A stretch of DNA of 64,000 nt from Basidiobolus meristosporus CBS 931.73 (Eukaryota; Fungi; Basidiobolomycota), in assembly GCA_002104905.1 (NCBI GenBank), contig MCFE01000013.1, forward strand, positions 124,001 through 188,000. Direction: 5' to 3'. Below, one piece after another: positions 39,566 to 54,115 of the stretch (within the stretch, counting starts at the first letter, position 1; every line of letters starts with the position of its first letter). The notes under the pieces were generated by a model, which saw only the letters and a program-made list of their open reading frames with translations, made no database searches and was not told the origin of the DNA. Made by a program: the position numbers and the translations under genes.

Positions 39566-40815
39566 TGTGTTTTTACTACTGGACAACTAGTTCAAAAATG
39601 CCCTTATATACAAGTATCTTCTGTTATAAATTTGTTTCTGCGTCGCGGCCTTATGTTAACACCATTCTAAATCTGTACCTAATGGTCTAGATAATGCACT
39701 AACAACACTCATATCTCACCCTTTTCTGGTCTCACTGCCGCTATAGCCAATCCTTCGACACTTCTATTCAAATTAGATTACCATGATACCCGGAACTCCC
39801 GTGGATTTTGCAATCCTGTACATGTTAAACATTCTCAATGGTGGGCTGTAGTGGTCCGGTATATCCATATGGGATTACCTATCACAACATCTGCTGAATT
39901 TGGTGCACCCTTGTCGCATGTTAGATCAATCTACATTTGGTAGATTACTACCTAAAAATACCTAATATCAATCGCTCCGTACTTCTGGACCGTTGCTGCT
40001 CGCCAACCACGGGCATATTCGGATTGACAATATTACTGGACGACGGTTTAGAGATTCAACAAATTTTTCGGAAATAGTGTCCATTACCGTTTTGAAATTC
40101 GCTAATGAACGATCCCAGCATATGTTGAATACCAATGTCTACCCCCCAAATTCATGTCATTGACTACGCAGACTGATTCGACAACGGTTCAGAACATAGT
40201 CCTGACACATGAAGCCCCATGTGGTCTGACTCAAATATGGTAATTGATTATTATGTCCTAGGTACAAAGCTCGGGGCACTTCATTGTAATGAATATTGTA
40301 TGGTTTGCTTTACGCAAGAATAGCAAGTTTGTTCCGCCACGCCAATTTTGGAAGGATCGGAATCATACAGTTAAGGTTCCCTGGGGAACGGTATCGGATA
40401 ATTATTTTACACGCGAATTTCCTCCAGAACAGGAATTGATTAGATGAAACATTGCTGGCTTTTTGGGTACGATCGACATTCTTGTTGAAACTAACGGTCG
40501 GGTCTCGTGAGAACCGTTTCAACTACGATTTGATTTCATATTATGGTTCACTCCACACGTACCTGACCAGATGATTAAAATCTTGCTCAGCAATTACTAT
40601 TCCAAAATAACAGGCAAAATAATTACGATTGCCCTCAAAAACGGATTTACTTACAGGTGTTTGACTAGCCCAAACATTTTGTCACGAAATCTCAATAATA
40701 TTTGCCTTAATTCTACCAGCCTGTAGGATACTAAAACTGTTAATGAGGGATATTGCGACATAACGAATTTATTTTCAACCGCATATTCAGTTATTTACAT
40801 TCTATTTCAAAAACC

Positions 40816-41868
40816 TTAATGGTTGTGCAAGTCAAGGATGATACGTCCGGCAATCTTGCCAGCGTGCATATCCTCGTAGATCTGGGGAATCTTCTCCAAA
40901 TCCATGACCTTGTAGTGGCATCTGACCTTACCGCGAGCAGCGAAGTCAAGAGCCTCAGCAAGATCTTGACGGTTACCAACAATGGAACCACGGATGGTCA
41001 AACGTTGGAGGACAAGATCGAACACGGGGAAGGTGCCCTTGGCTCCGGCGGGAAGGGCAATACAGGCAACAGTACCCCAACGACGAGTGTAGTCAACAGC
41101 TTGTTGGAAGGGCTTCTCAGCGGGGGACAAGAGCAAGACACCGTGGGATCCTCCACCGGTGACCTCCTTGACAGTGGCAACAACATCATCCTTCATGAAG
41201 TCAACAAAGTAGTCAGCTCCGAGCTCTTCAACACAAAGCTTTCTCTTGTCATCACCGGTATCGACGGCAACAACGTTCATGCCCATAGCCTTGGCATATT
41301 GGACAGCCAAGTGACCAAGACCTCCACCAGCACCAACAATGGTGACAAATTGGCCAGAGCGGACCTCAGTCTCCTTGAGACCCTTGTACACGGTGACACC
41401 GGCACAGAGGATAGGAGCAGCCTCGATGAGGGGAAGGTTGTCGGGAATGCGGGCAACGTGGGAGGCACGGGCAACACAGTACTCTTGGAAACTGCCGTCA
41501 ACACTGTAGCCAGACATATGTTGGTTGGGGCACACAGTCTCACGACCTTGGATGCAGTACTCGCAGGTCATACAGGCAGAGTGGAGCCAGACAACTCCGA
41601 CAGAGTCGCCAATCTTGAGGTCCTTGACGTTGCTACCGAGAGCAACAACCTTACCGGCACCTTCGTGACCACCGACCAAGGGAAGCTTGGTGGGGATAGG
41701 CCAGTCACCCTCGGCGGCGTGGAGATCAGTGTGGCAGACACCGGTGTACTCGATCTTGACGAGGACATCATCAGGTCCAGGAGTGGGGACAGGGATGGTC
41801 TGAATCTCGACTGGTTTGTCGTGAGATTCGATGACAGCGGCTTTCTGAGTCTTGGGAATTTGGCACAT
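40816..41868 (-). CDS. ADH: Alcohol dehydrogenase ADH-9, 350 aa
   Basis: Complete ORF from MCQIPKT (41868). Confidence 0.95.
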   Translation of the reverse strand: MCQIPKTQKAAVIESHDKPVEIQTIPVPTPGPDDVLVKIEYTGVCHTDLHAAEGDWPIPTKLPLVGGHEGAGKVVALGSNVKDLKIGDSVGVVWLHSACMTCEYCIQGRETVCPNQHMSGYSVDGSFQEYCVARASHVARIPDNLPLIEAAPILCAGVTVYKGLKETEVRSGQFVTIVGAGGGLGHLAVQYAKAMGMNVVAVDTGDDKRKLCVEELGADYFVDFMKDDVVATVKEVTGGGSHGVLLLSPAEKPFQQAVDYTRRWGTVACIALPAGAKGTFPVFDLVLQRLTIRGSIVGNRQDLAEALDFAARGKVRCHYKVMDLEKIPQIYEDMHAGKIAGRIILDLHNH

Positions 41869-42389
41869 TGTGTTTTTACAATTGGTAATGAGGTTCGGCG
41901 ATGCACTTTTATACATGTGCCAACTCGCAAGTCTCTTGCCCCCGTGAAATCCATACGTAATTGTCTAGATAATTCACTAACAACATACATAGCACAGCCT
42001 TTTCTGGTCTAGCTACAGCTATAACCAATCCTGCAATGTTTGTACCCAAATAAGTGTGCCTCGACGACCGGCAACCAAGTCGATTTTACATACATGGATA
42101 TTACAATACAGATCTCGTCAAATAATTTCAAAGCAACTCGAATCGATCCGAATTGTCCTTAAATGATTACCCGTCATCCTGCCCTGCTGAATTTGGTGCA
42201 CACTTGACGCATGTTTAATCGATCCGTATTTGGCGAATCAATACCTAGAAATGCCAAATATCTATCGCCCCGTACTTCTGGAACATCCATGATCTACAAT
42301 TACGAGGATATCCGGAATGTTCGCGCTATTGGATGCACAAATACAAGGAGGAACACTTTCGCCACAATAGCATCGCTTGCTCTTTTCAT

Positions 42390-42510
42390 GTACACCAGCT
42401 ATGGACCACAGAAGGTGTTGAAGGTCAATGCCCATTTTAACAAGCTTACAGAGGCTCTCTTTATGCATTGGCAGATGACCCTCAATGATTTGTTAGGAAA
42501 TATCAACAAT
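42390..42510 (+). pseudogene. Probable very decayed PDC 3' remnant between ADH-9 and ADH-10 (counterpart near 44735-44800)
   Basis: QKVLKVNAHFNKLTEALFMHW resembles EQVLKKVESHADKINFVEVMMDW. At 44738, gctggtga..cagcaggcgttg..aggtc..ccactccaacaagctcaa resembles gctggtga..gagcaagtgttg..aggtc..ccacgccgacaagatcaa. Confidence 0.5.
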
Positions 42511-43137
42511 CGCCATATAGATATAAGCTATTTTTTTAGCTTGAAAGGTTTAGGCCCCCTTACTAATTTGGGAGGGATTGGAATTTTACAGTTAAGGTGC
42601 CGCGGGGAACGGAATCGGTCAATTATTTTACACGCAAATTCCTTCCAGAACCGGAATTTTTTTGGGAAATTACAGGAATATTGAGTGTGATTAACGTTTC
42701 CAATTAAAATTGTCGGCCGGGTCTCGTGAGAACTGCGTGGAATACTCTCCGAATCGGAATTTATGGTTCGCTCCTCAAGCACCCTACTGTATTTTAGCTT
42801 ATATTAGGCGTTTACTCCTGTATGATGCCCATTATTTCAATCTTCGGGTTGTCAATCATTGATATGAGGATATATCGCATATTTGTTTGTTATGAATACA
42901 ACCGGAACCTTGCTTCACAAGTATATTTTTCTGGTAAATTGCTGTCATATTGAGGGCCCGGTTTCGCAAGAACTGTGTACATTATAATAAAATTTGAAAT
43001 TTACCTGCATTCGATATTTTTACAAACCTATTTGATCACCACCCAAATAAACTATATATTGTTTGGTTACGAATACAACCGAAGCGACAATTTATTGCTA
43101 TGAACGCTTTTACTTATTTACATTCTATTTAAAAACC

Positions 43138-44190
43138 TTAATGGTTGTGCAAGTCGAGGATGATACGTCCGGCAATCTTGCCAGCGTGCATATCCTCGTA
43201 GATCTGGGGAATCTTCTCCAAATCCATGACCTTGTAGTGGCATCTGACCTTACCGCGAGCAGCGAAGTCAAGAGCCTCAGCAAGATCTTGACGGTTACCA
43301 ACAATGGAACCACGGATGGTCAAACGTTGGAGGACAAGATCGAACACGGGGAAGGTGCCCTTGGCTCCGGCGGGAAGGGCAATGCAGGCAACAGTACCCC
43401 AGCGACGAGTGTAGTCAACAGCTTGTTGGAAGGGCTTCTCAGCAGGGGACAAGAGCAAGACACCGTGGGATCCTCCACCGGTGACCTCCTTGACAGTGGC
43501 AACAACATCATCCTTCATGAAGTCAACAAAGTAGTCAGCTCCGAGCTCTTCAACGCAGAGTTTTCTCTTGTCATCACCGGTATCGACGGCAACAACGTTC
43601 ATGCCCATAGCCTTGGCATATTGGACAGCCAAGTGACCGAGACCTCCACCGGCACCAACAATGGTGACGAATTGGCCAGAGCGGACCTCAGTCTCCTTGA
43701 GACCCTTGTACACGGTGACACCGGCACAGAGGATAGGAGCAGCCTCGATGAGAGGAAGGTTATCGGGAATGCGGGCAACGTGGGAGGCACGGGCAACACA
43801 GTACTCTTGGAAACTACCATCAACACTGTATCCGGACATGTGTTGGTTGGGGCAAACAGTCTCACGACCTTGGATGCAGTACTCGCAGGTCATACAGGCG
43901 GAGTGGAGCCAGACAACTCCGACAGAGTCGCCAATCTTAAGGTCCTTGACGTTGCTACCGAGAGCAACAACCTTACCGGCACCTTCGTGACCACCGACCA
44001 AGGGGAGCTTGGTGGGGATAGGCCAGTCACCCTCGGCGGCGTGGAGATCAGTGTGGCAGACACCGGTGTACTCGATCTTGACGAGAACATCATCAGGTCC
44101 AGGAGTGGGGACAGGGATGGTCTGAATCTCAACTGGTTTGTCGTGAGATTCGATGACAGCGGCTTTCTGAGTCTTGGGAATTTGGCACAT
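43138..44190 (-). CDS. ADH: Alcohol dehydrogenase ADH-10, 350 aa
   Basis: Complete ORF with all motifs. Confidence 0.96.
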   Translation of the reverse strand: MCQIPKTQKAAVIESHDKPVEIQTIPVPTPGPDDVLVKIEYTGVCHTDLHAAEGDWPIPTKLPLVGGHEGAGKVVALGSNVKDLKIGDSVGVVWLHSACMTCEYCIQGRETVCPNQHMSGYSVDGSFQEYCVARASHVARIPDNLPLIEAAPILCAGVTVYKGLKETEVRSGQFVTIVGAGGGLGHLAVQYAKAMGMNVVAVDTGDDKRKLCVEELGADYFVDFMKDDVVATVKEVTGGGSHGVLLLSPAEKPFQQAVDYTRRWGTVACIALPAGAKGTFPVFDLVLQRLTIRGSIVGNRQDLAEALDFAARGKVRCHYKVMDLEKIPQIYEDMHAGKIAGRIILDLHNH

Positions 44191-45500
44191 TGTGTTTTTT
44201 CACAATTTGTAGTAAGGCACCGCGATGCGCTTATATACATGTGCCCTCTTCCAAGTTTGTTGCTCTATTGCGGCCTTTTGTCAACCCCATTGATATCCAT
44301 ACGCTGTGGTCCAGATAATTCACTAACATACATAGCACAGCCTTTTCTGGTCTAGCTACAGCTATAACCAATCCTTCCATTCTATTGCCCAATATAGATT
44401 ACCGATATGACCGGCACTCGCGTCGATTTTACATACGTGGATATTACAATACAGATCTCGTCAAATAATTTCAAAGCAACTCGAATCGATCCGAATTGTC
44501 CTTAAATGATTACCCGTCATCCTGCCCTGCTGAATTTGGTGCACACTTGACGCATGTTTAATCGATCCGTATTTGGCGAATCAATACCTAGAAATGCCAA
44601 ATATCTATCGCCCCGTACTTCTGGAACATCAATGATCTACAATTACGGGGATATCCGGAATGTTCGCGCTATTGGCAAGCACAAATACAAGGAGGAACAC
44701 TTTCGCCAAAATAGCATTTCCTGCTCTTAACATATACGCTGGTGATGGGTACCAGCAGGCGTTGTAGGTCAGTGCCCACTCCAACAAGCTCAAGGACTTC
44801 AGGCATCTTAAAAGCAAAAGTGACCATTAGAACCTAGTCTGGTGATAAGAAACATAACATGTACTACTACCTTATTTAATAAACCATTCTGGCAGTTAAT
44901 GTAAATGAAAGTTAGGTTCCTATTACCAATTTTGGACGGATTGGGATTATAGAGTTAAGGTTCCGTGGGGAACGGAATCGGACAATTATTTTACACGCAA
45001 ATTCCTTCCAGAACCGGAATGTTTTTGGGAAATTACAGGAATATTGAGTGTGATTAACGTTTCCAATTAAAATTGTCGGCCGGGTCTCGTGAGAACTGCG
45101 TGGAATACTCTCCGAATCGGAATTTATGGTTCACTCCTCAAGCACCCTACTGTATTTTAGCTTATATTAGGCGTTTACTCCTGTATGATGCCCATTATTT
45201 CAATCTTCGAGTTGTTAATCATTGATATGAGGATATATCGCATATTTGTTTGTTATGAATACAACCGGAACCTTGCTTCATAAGTATGTTTGGCTTATTT
45301 GCAATCCGTGTTTGAACCCATAAAGGTTATGCATGTGCGACTGTTCGTATTTTGTGCACATCGAAAATGAAGTATAATTATATTCAGCCACCTCGCGTCT
45401 GGGGTTATGTTATTCATACTATTTCCAGCGACATATCGTACGACTTGACGAATTTATTTCCAATCGTATATTCAGTTATTTACATTCTATTTGAAAAATC

Positions 45501-46553
45501 TTAATGGTTGTGCAAGTCAAGGATGATACGTCCGGCAATCTTGCCAGCGTGCATATCCTCGTAGATCTGGGGAATCTTCTCCAAATCCATGACCTTGTAG
45601 TGGCATCTGACCTTACCGCGAGCAGCGAAGTCAAGAGCCTCAGCAAGATCTTGACGGTTACCAACAATGGAACCACGGATGGTCAAACGCTGGAGGACAA
45701 GATCGAACACGGGGAAGGTGCCCTTGGCTCCGGCGGGAAGGGCAATGCAGGCAACAGTACCCCAACGACGAGTGTAGTCAACAGCTTGTTGGAAGGGCTT
45801 CTCAGCAGGGGACAAGAGCAAGACACCGTGGGATCCTCCACCAGTGACCTCCTTGACAGTGGCAACAACATCATCCTTCATGAAGTCAACAAAGTAGTCA
45901 GCTCCGAGCTCTTCAACACAAAGCTTTCTCTTGTCATCACCGGTATCGACGGCAACAACGTTCATGCCCATAGCCTTGGCATATTGGACAGCCAAGTGAC
46001 CGAGACCTCCACCAGCACCAACAATGGTGACAAATTGGCCAGAGCGGACCTCAGTCTCCTTGAGACCCTTGTACACGGTGACACCGGCACAGAGGATAGG
46101 AGCAGCCTCGATGAGAGGAAGGTTGTCGGGAATACGGGCAACGTGGGAGGCACGGGCAACACAGTACTCCTGGAAACTGCCGTCAACACTGTAGCCAGAC
46201 ATGTGTTGGTTGGGGCACACAGTCTCACGACCTTGGATGCAGTACTCGCAGGTCATACAGGCAGAGTGGAGCCAGACAACTCCGACAGAGTCGCCAATCT
46301 TGAGGTCCTTGACGTTGCTACCGAGAGCAACAACCTTACCGGCACCTTCGTGACCACCGACCAAGGGGAGCTTGGTGGGGATAGGCCAGTCACCCTCGGC
46401 GGCGTGGAGATCAGTGTGGCAGACACCGGTGTACTCGATCTTGACGAGGACATCATCAGGACCAGGAGTGGGGACAGGGATGGTCTGAATCTCGACTGGT
46501 TTGTCGTGAGATTCGATGACAGCAGCCTTTTGAGTCTTGGGAATTTGGCACAT
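45501..46553 (-). CDS. ADH: Alcohol dehydrogenase ADH-11, 350 aa
   Basis: Complete ORF with all motifs. Confidence 0.96.
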   Translation of the reverse strand: MCQIPKTQKAAVIESHDKPVEIQTIPVPTPGPDDVLVKIEYTGVCHTDLHAAEGDWPIPTKLPLVGGHEGAGKVVALGSNVKDLKIGDSVGVVWLHSACMTCEYCIQGRETVCPNQHMSGYSVDGSFQEYCVARASHVARIPDNLPLIEAAPILCAGVTVYKGLKETEVRSGQFVTIVGAGGGLGHLAVQYAKAMGMNVVAVDTGDDKRKLCVEELGADYFVDFMKDDVVATVKEVTGGGSHGVLLLSPAEKPFQQAVDYTRRWGTVACIALPAGAKGTFPVFDLVLQRLTIRGSIVGNRQDLAEALDFAARGKVRCHYKVMDLEKIPQIYEDMHAGKIAGRIILDLHNH

Positions 46554-47171
46554 TTTGAATAGTAGCTTGAGGTTGGATAGAACAAATGGTATGCGTTTAT
46601 ATATTCTTCAATATTTACGTGTAGAACCTTCCATTACACCTTTAAGGCTAGTTTTCTTTTCATGTGTCGGTATTGTTTCTTGGTATTATCAGAATTTTAG
46701 CCGATGATAATTCTCAATCTGGAATTTAGTGTACATGTAAACTCTGATTCCGCCCTGGGATGTGAATATATCAATCTAATAGCATGATGATTTACCAAAT
46801 ACTACAAATTTAGCCATTGTTTTCTTCTTATATACTTATCATATATATCTAGACCTCCCTGTGTGTACCGAATTCGGAATACCCACTGGCATTATTGCCC
46901 AGATGGACCAGAAAGAATCATTTAGGAATCGAACAACGTCTAGATTCTTTTGGCCAGTTTAAGTAAGATTCAATGATAACACATTACCGCAATATTCAAA
47001 ATCTTATATGGGATTAACTTTGGATTCACCTCAATCTTGATGGAGTCAACTTCCCATGTTGCATTATGCTGAATTGCGGATTGAAATCAATCCCAATCTA
47101 CTTGTCTGTAGTAGTGATTTACAATTTCGGCCTTTTTATTTGAAAACTGATTACATAAAGTGGTTGGAGTA

Positions 47172-48224
47172 CTAATGGTTGTGCATGTCGATAATAATAC
47201 GTCCGGCAATCTTACCAGCGTGCATATCCTCGTAGATTTGGGGGATGTGGTCGAGATCCATTACCTTGTAGTGGCATTTGACCTTACCGCGGGCAGCGAA
47301 GTCAAGAGCCTCGGCAAGATCTTGACGGTTACCAACAATAGAACCACGGATGGTCAACCGTTGGAGGACAAGATCGAACACGGGGAAGGTGCCCTTGGCT
47401 CCAGCGGGAAGGGCAATGCAGGCAACAGTACCCCAGCGACGAGTGTAGTCAACAGCTTGTTGGAAGGGCTTCTCAGCGGGGGACAAGAGCAAGACACCAT
47501 GGGATCCTCCACCTGTAACTCTCTTGACTTCTGCTACAACATCGTCCTTCATGAAATCGACAAAATAATCTGCGCCCAATTCTTGTGTACAAAGAGTCTT
47601 TTTATCGCTACCTGTATCGACGGCGACAACGTTCATGCCCATAGCCTTGGCATACTGGACAGCCAAGTGACCGAGACCTCCACCAGCACCAACAATGGTG
47701 ACGAATTGGCCAGAGCGGACCTCAGTCTCCTTGAGACCCTTGTACACGGTGACACCGGCACAGAGGATAGGAGCAGCCTCGATCAGAGGAAGGTTCTCAG
47801 GAATGCGGGCAACGTGGGAGGCACGGGCAACACAGTACTCTTGGAAACTACCATCAACGCTGTAGCCAGACATGTGTTGGTTGGGGCACACAGTCTCACG
47901 ACCTTGGATGCAGTACTCGCAGGTCATACAGGCAGAGTGGAGCCAGACAACTCCGACAGAGTCGCCAATCTTAAGGTCCTTGACGTTGCTACCGAGAGCA
48001 ACAACCTTACCGGCACCTTCGTGACCACCGACCAAGGGAAGCTTGGTGGGGATAGGCCAGTCACCTTCGGCGGCGTGGAGATCAGTGTGGCAGACACCGG
48101 TGTACTCGATTTTGACGAGAACATCATCAGGCCCGGGAGTGGCGACGGGAATATTCTTTATCGCGACGGGTTTATCGTGGGACTCAACCACAGCAGCCTT
48201 TTGATTTTTAGGGATTTGAGTCAT
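47172..48224 (-). CDS. ADH: Alcohol dehydrogenase ADH-12, 350 aa, older divergent paralogue
   Basis: MTQIPKNQKAAVVESHDKPVAIKN start, divergent patch DKKTLCTQELG..AEVKRV and divergent C-terminus; the middle is near-identical to the main family. Confidence 0.95.
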   Translation of the reverse strand: MTQIPKNQKAAVVESHDKPVAIKNIPVATPGPDDVLVKIEYTGVCHTDLHAAEGDWPIPTKLPLVGGHEGAGKVVALGSNVKDLKIGDSVGVVWLHSACMTCEYCIQGRETVCPNQHMSGYSVDGSFQEYCVARASHVARIPENLPLIEAAPILCAGVTVYKGLKETEVRSGQFVTIVGAGGGLGHLAVQYAKAMGMNVVAVDTGSDKKTLCTQELGADYFVDFMKDDVVAEVKRVTGGGSHGVLLLSPAEKPFQQAVDYTRRWGTVACIALPAGAKGTFPVFDLVLQRLTIRGSIVGNRQDLAEALDFAARGKVKCHYKVMDLDHIPQIYEDMHAGKIAGRIIIDMHNH

Positions 48225-51125
<2,901 letters not shown>

Positions 51126-51326
51126 GCTCGTGAGGATATGAGACTGACGATTGATTGCAGGGAACTGTGAATAAATGATATTAATAAACCAAGTGACAAG
51201 CTATTAGAGAAGATAGATTGTAAACGATTTGATTTATTTTACGGAACATTCATCTTTGCACAAAATATATCACAAAATTTCGATTCAATTTAACAACGAA
51301 TCTCTATATGTACGGAGGCGGGCAAT

Positions 51327-52502
51327 TTAACTACATTCCTTTCTTTTACCAGAAAGGTCAAGAACAATACGTCCGGCAATCTTTCCTGCCTTCATATCAT
51401 CGAACACTGCTGGAAGATCATCCAACATCATGGTCTTATAGTGGCACTTGACCTTGCCACGGGCAGCGAAGTCAAGGGCTTCAGCAAGATCTTGACGGTT
51501 ACCAACAATGGAACCACGGATGGTCAAACGTTGGAGGACAAGATCGAACACGGGGAAGGTACCCTTGGCTCCGGCGGGAAGGGCAATGCAGGCAACAGTA
51601 CCCCAGCGACGAGTGTAGTCAACAGCTTGTTGGAAGGGCTTCTCAGCAGGGGACAAGAGCAAGACACCGTGGGATCCTCCACCGGTGACCTCCTTGACAG
51701 TGGCAACAACATCATCCTTCATGAAGTCAACAAAGTAGTCAGCTCCGAGCTCTTCAACACAAAGCTTTCTCTTGTCATCACCGGTATCGACGGCAACGAC
51801 GTTCATGCCCATAGCCTTGGCATACTGGACAGCCAAGTGACCAAGACCTCCACCAGCACCAACAATGGTGACGAATTGGCCAGAGCGGACCTCAGTCTCC
51901 TTGAGACCCTTGTACACGGTGACACCGGCACAGAGGATAGGAGCAGCCTCGATAAGGGGAAGGTTGTCAGGAATGCGGGCAACGTGGGAGGCACGGGCAA
52001 CACAGTACTCTTGGAAACTGCCATCAACACTGTAGCCAGACATGTGTTGGTGAGGACAAACGGTCTCACGACCTTGGATGCAATACTCACAAGTTTGACA
52101 AGCAGAGTGGAGCCAGACAACACCTACTTTATCGCCAATCTTGAGGTCCTTGACGTTGCTACCGAGAGCAACAACCTTACCGGCACCTTCGTGACCACCG
52201 ACCAAGGGAAGCTTGGTGGGGATAGGCCAGTCACCATCAGCGGCGTGAAGGTCAGTGTGACAAACACCAGTGTACTCAACCTTTACAAGTACATCATCGG
52301 GGCCTGGGGTGGGGACAGAGATGCGTTGAATGGTGACGGGTTTATCATGAGCAGTGACCACTGCACCTTTCTGGTATTGGGGAAGGGAGTACATTCTGAA
52401 GAGATAATTGGGAGAAATAAGTTGAAACTGACGCCTAGGGGCCATACGGCCTCTTAATAAGCCCCTCACCGCTTGAAAATTTTTGAGAGCAAATGATGAC
52501 AT
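51327..52502 (-). CDS. ADH: Alcohol dehydrogenase ADH-13 with a probable mitochondrial presequence (391 aa from ATG 52502; 355-aa core from ATG 52394)
   Basis: Intact ADH core. The 36-aa extension MSSFALKNFQAVRGLLRGRMAPRRQFQLISPNYLFR is Arg-rich, has no acidic residue, and ends in RMY|S. TATTTAT on - at 52553-52559. Distinct C-terminus LDLSGKRKECS. Confidence 0.85.
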   Translation of the reverse strand: MSSFALKNFQAVRGLLRGRMAPRRQFQLISPNYLFRMYSLPQYQKGAVVTAHDKPVTIQRISVPTPGPDDVLVKVEYTGVCHTDLHAADGDWPIPTKLPLVGGHEGAGKVVALGSNVKDLKIGDKVGVVWLHSACQTCEYCIQGRETVCPHQHMSGYSVDGSFQEYCVARASHVARIPDNLPLIEAAPILCAGVTVYKGLKETEVRSGQFVTIVGAGGGLGHLAVQYAKAMGMNVVAVDTGDDKRKLCVEELGADYFVDFMKDDVVATVKEVTGGGSHGVLLLSPAEKPFQQAVDYTRRWGTVACIALPAGAKGTFPVFDLVLQRLTIRGSIVGNRQDLAEALDFAARGKVKCHYKTMMLDDLPAVFDDMKAGKIAGRIVLDLSGKRKECS

Positions 52503-52993
52503 CACGTTACGGAAACTAAGGAATTGTGGCATTTCGCGTTCTCCCGCTGAGAATAAATACCATTTGCTACGTTGTCTAGAACGTGTACGCGATGGAACTA
52601 TCAACATATAAATCGCCGTGATTAAAAATCCGCGCTTGTACCAGGGAACCAAGTTCCGTTCGATTGGGTAAATCTGGCAACAGACTGTTTCAGAACCACA
52701 AGATTTCACTCGTGATTTCCTAGTTGCTCAATTGTGGTCATCACCTGAAGGTGTGTACGTATTGATGAGGGGATCTCGATGTTGAATCCCTAGAATCGTA
52801 CCACCCAGAACAAAATATTTGGTCCAGAAACTGAACGCCTCATGGCCTTAGACCACTGGAAGACTGTTTCCATTCCAAATTTGGGAGAAATCCTTCATCG
52901 GGACTGATAATTCAAAGGAGCCAAGAAACATCAACAAATCATATCTATCAAATTTATTCCATTTTGCTTGCATGTTATACATACCTAATCAAC

Positions 52994-53593
52994 TTATTGA
53001 TTGTGTAAGCCGCCCAGCAATCTTGTCAGCGTGCATATCCTCATACATTTGAGTAGTTTTACCTTACCACGAGCAGCAAAGTCAAGAGCTTTAGCAAGAT
53101 CTTGACGGTTACCAACAATAGAACCACGGATGGTCAGCCGTTGAAGGACAAGATCGAACACGGGGAAGGTGCCCTTGGCTCCGGCTGGAAGGGCAATGCA
53201 GGCAACAGTACCCCAACGACGAGTGTAGTCAACAGCTTGTTGGAAGGGCTTCTCAGCGGGGGACAAGAGCAAGACACCGTGGGATCCTCCACCGGTGACC
53301 TCCTTGACAGTGGCAACAACATCATCCTTCATGAAGTCAACAAAGTAGTCAGCTCCGAGCTCTTCAACACAAAGCTTTCTCTTGTCATCACCGGTATCGA
53401 CGGCAACGACGTTCGTGTCCATAGCCTTGGCATATTGGACAGCCAAGTGGCCGAGACCTCTGCCAGCACCAACAATGGTAATAAATCGGCTAGAACGGAC
53501 CTCAGGTGTGGGGACAGCGATAGTCTAAATCTCAACGGGTTTGTTGTGAGATTCGATAACAACGGCTTTTTGGGTCTTGGGAATTTAAAACAT
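52994..53593 (-). pseudogene. ADH-14 pseudogene
   Basis: MF*IPKTQKAVVIESHNKPVEI*TIAVPTP is fused directly to EVRSSRFITIVGAG (both Zn sites deleted). In-frame stops and a second deletion near the 3' end. Confidence 0.9.
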
Positions 53594-54115
53594 CATTGTG
53601 AAATGTTACTGATCGCCAGGGGTGCCTTACCTTCTTTTTATATTGACCTTGTGCTTGGTCTGACTAGATCTATGAAATTCCGGTGGTTTTTTGTACGACT
53701 TCAGGTGCTGGTACAACTATTTTAGCTCAAATCCTCTACAACCTGGCCACATCCCTTTTAAGTGCAACGTAGTATTGATATCTATAGTTGATCTTTCACA
53801 CGCCGCTATAAAAGTAAATTCCAGCATGGCTAGAAATACCCATTGCATCCATCCTGCCAATCAACATTGACGTTGATGGATTCATGTTCCTTTAGAGCTG
53901 AAGGCTGAGGACTTATTTGCAGCCAGGCACATGCAATCGAATAATTCACTCGAAATGCCGTTGAGTGCGTATATTTTACGAATATTTCAGGAAAAACTAA
54001 TTCACTTCTATCCCAGAAATTTTTACGTTCTCAGTGGAAATTATCTACTCGATGGTTTCCGAAATAATGAAGGGTTTAATTTATTTCTATCAAATGTACA
54101 ATTGAATTAAGCAAA

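Noticed and set aside
52503-52709. First 69 residues of the 460-aa ORF call for ADH-13
   Set aside because: Begins at a non-ATG start upstream of the likely TATA and contains acidic residues; ATG 52502 fits better.
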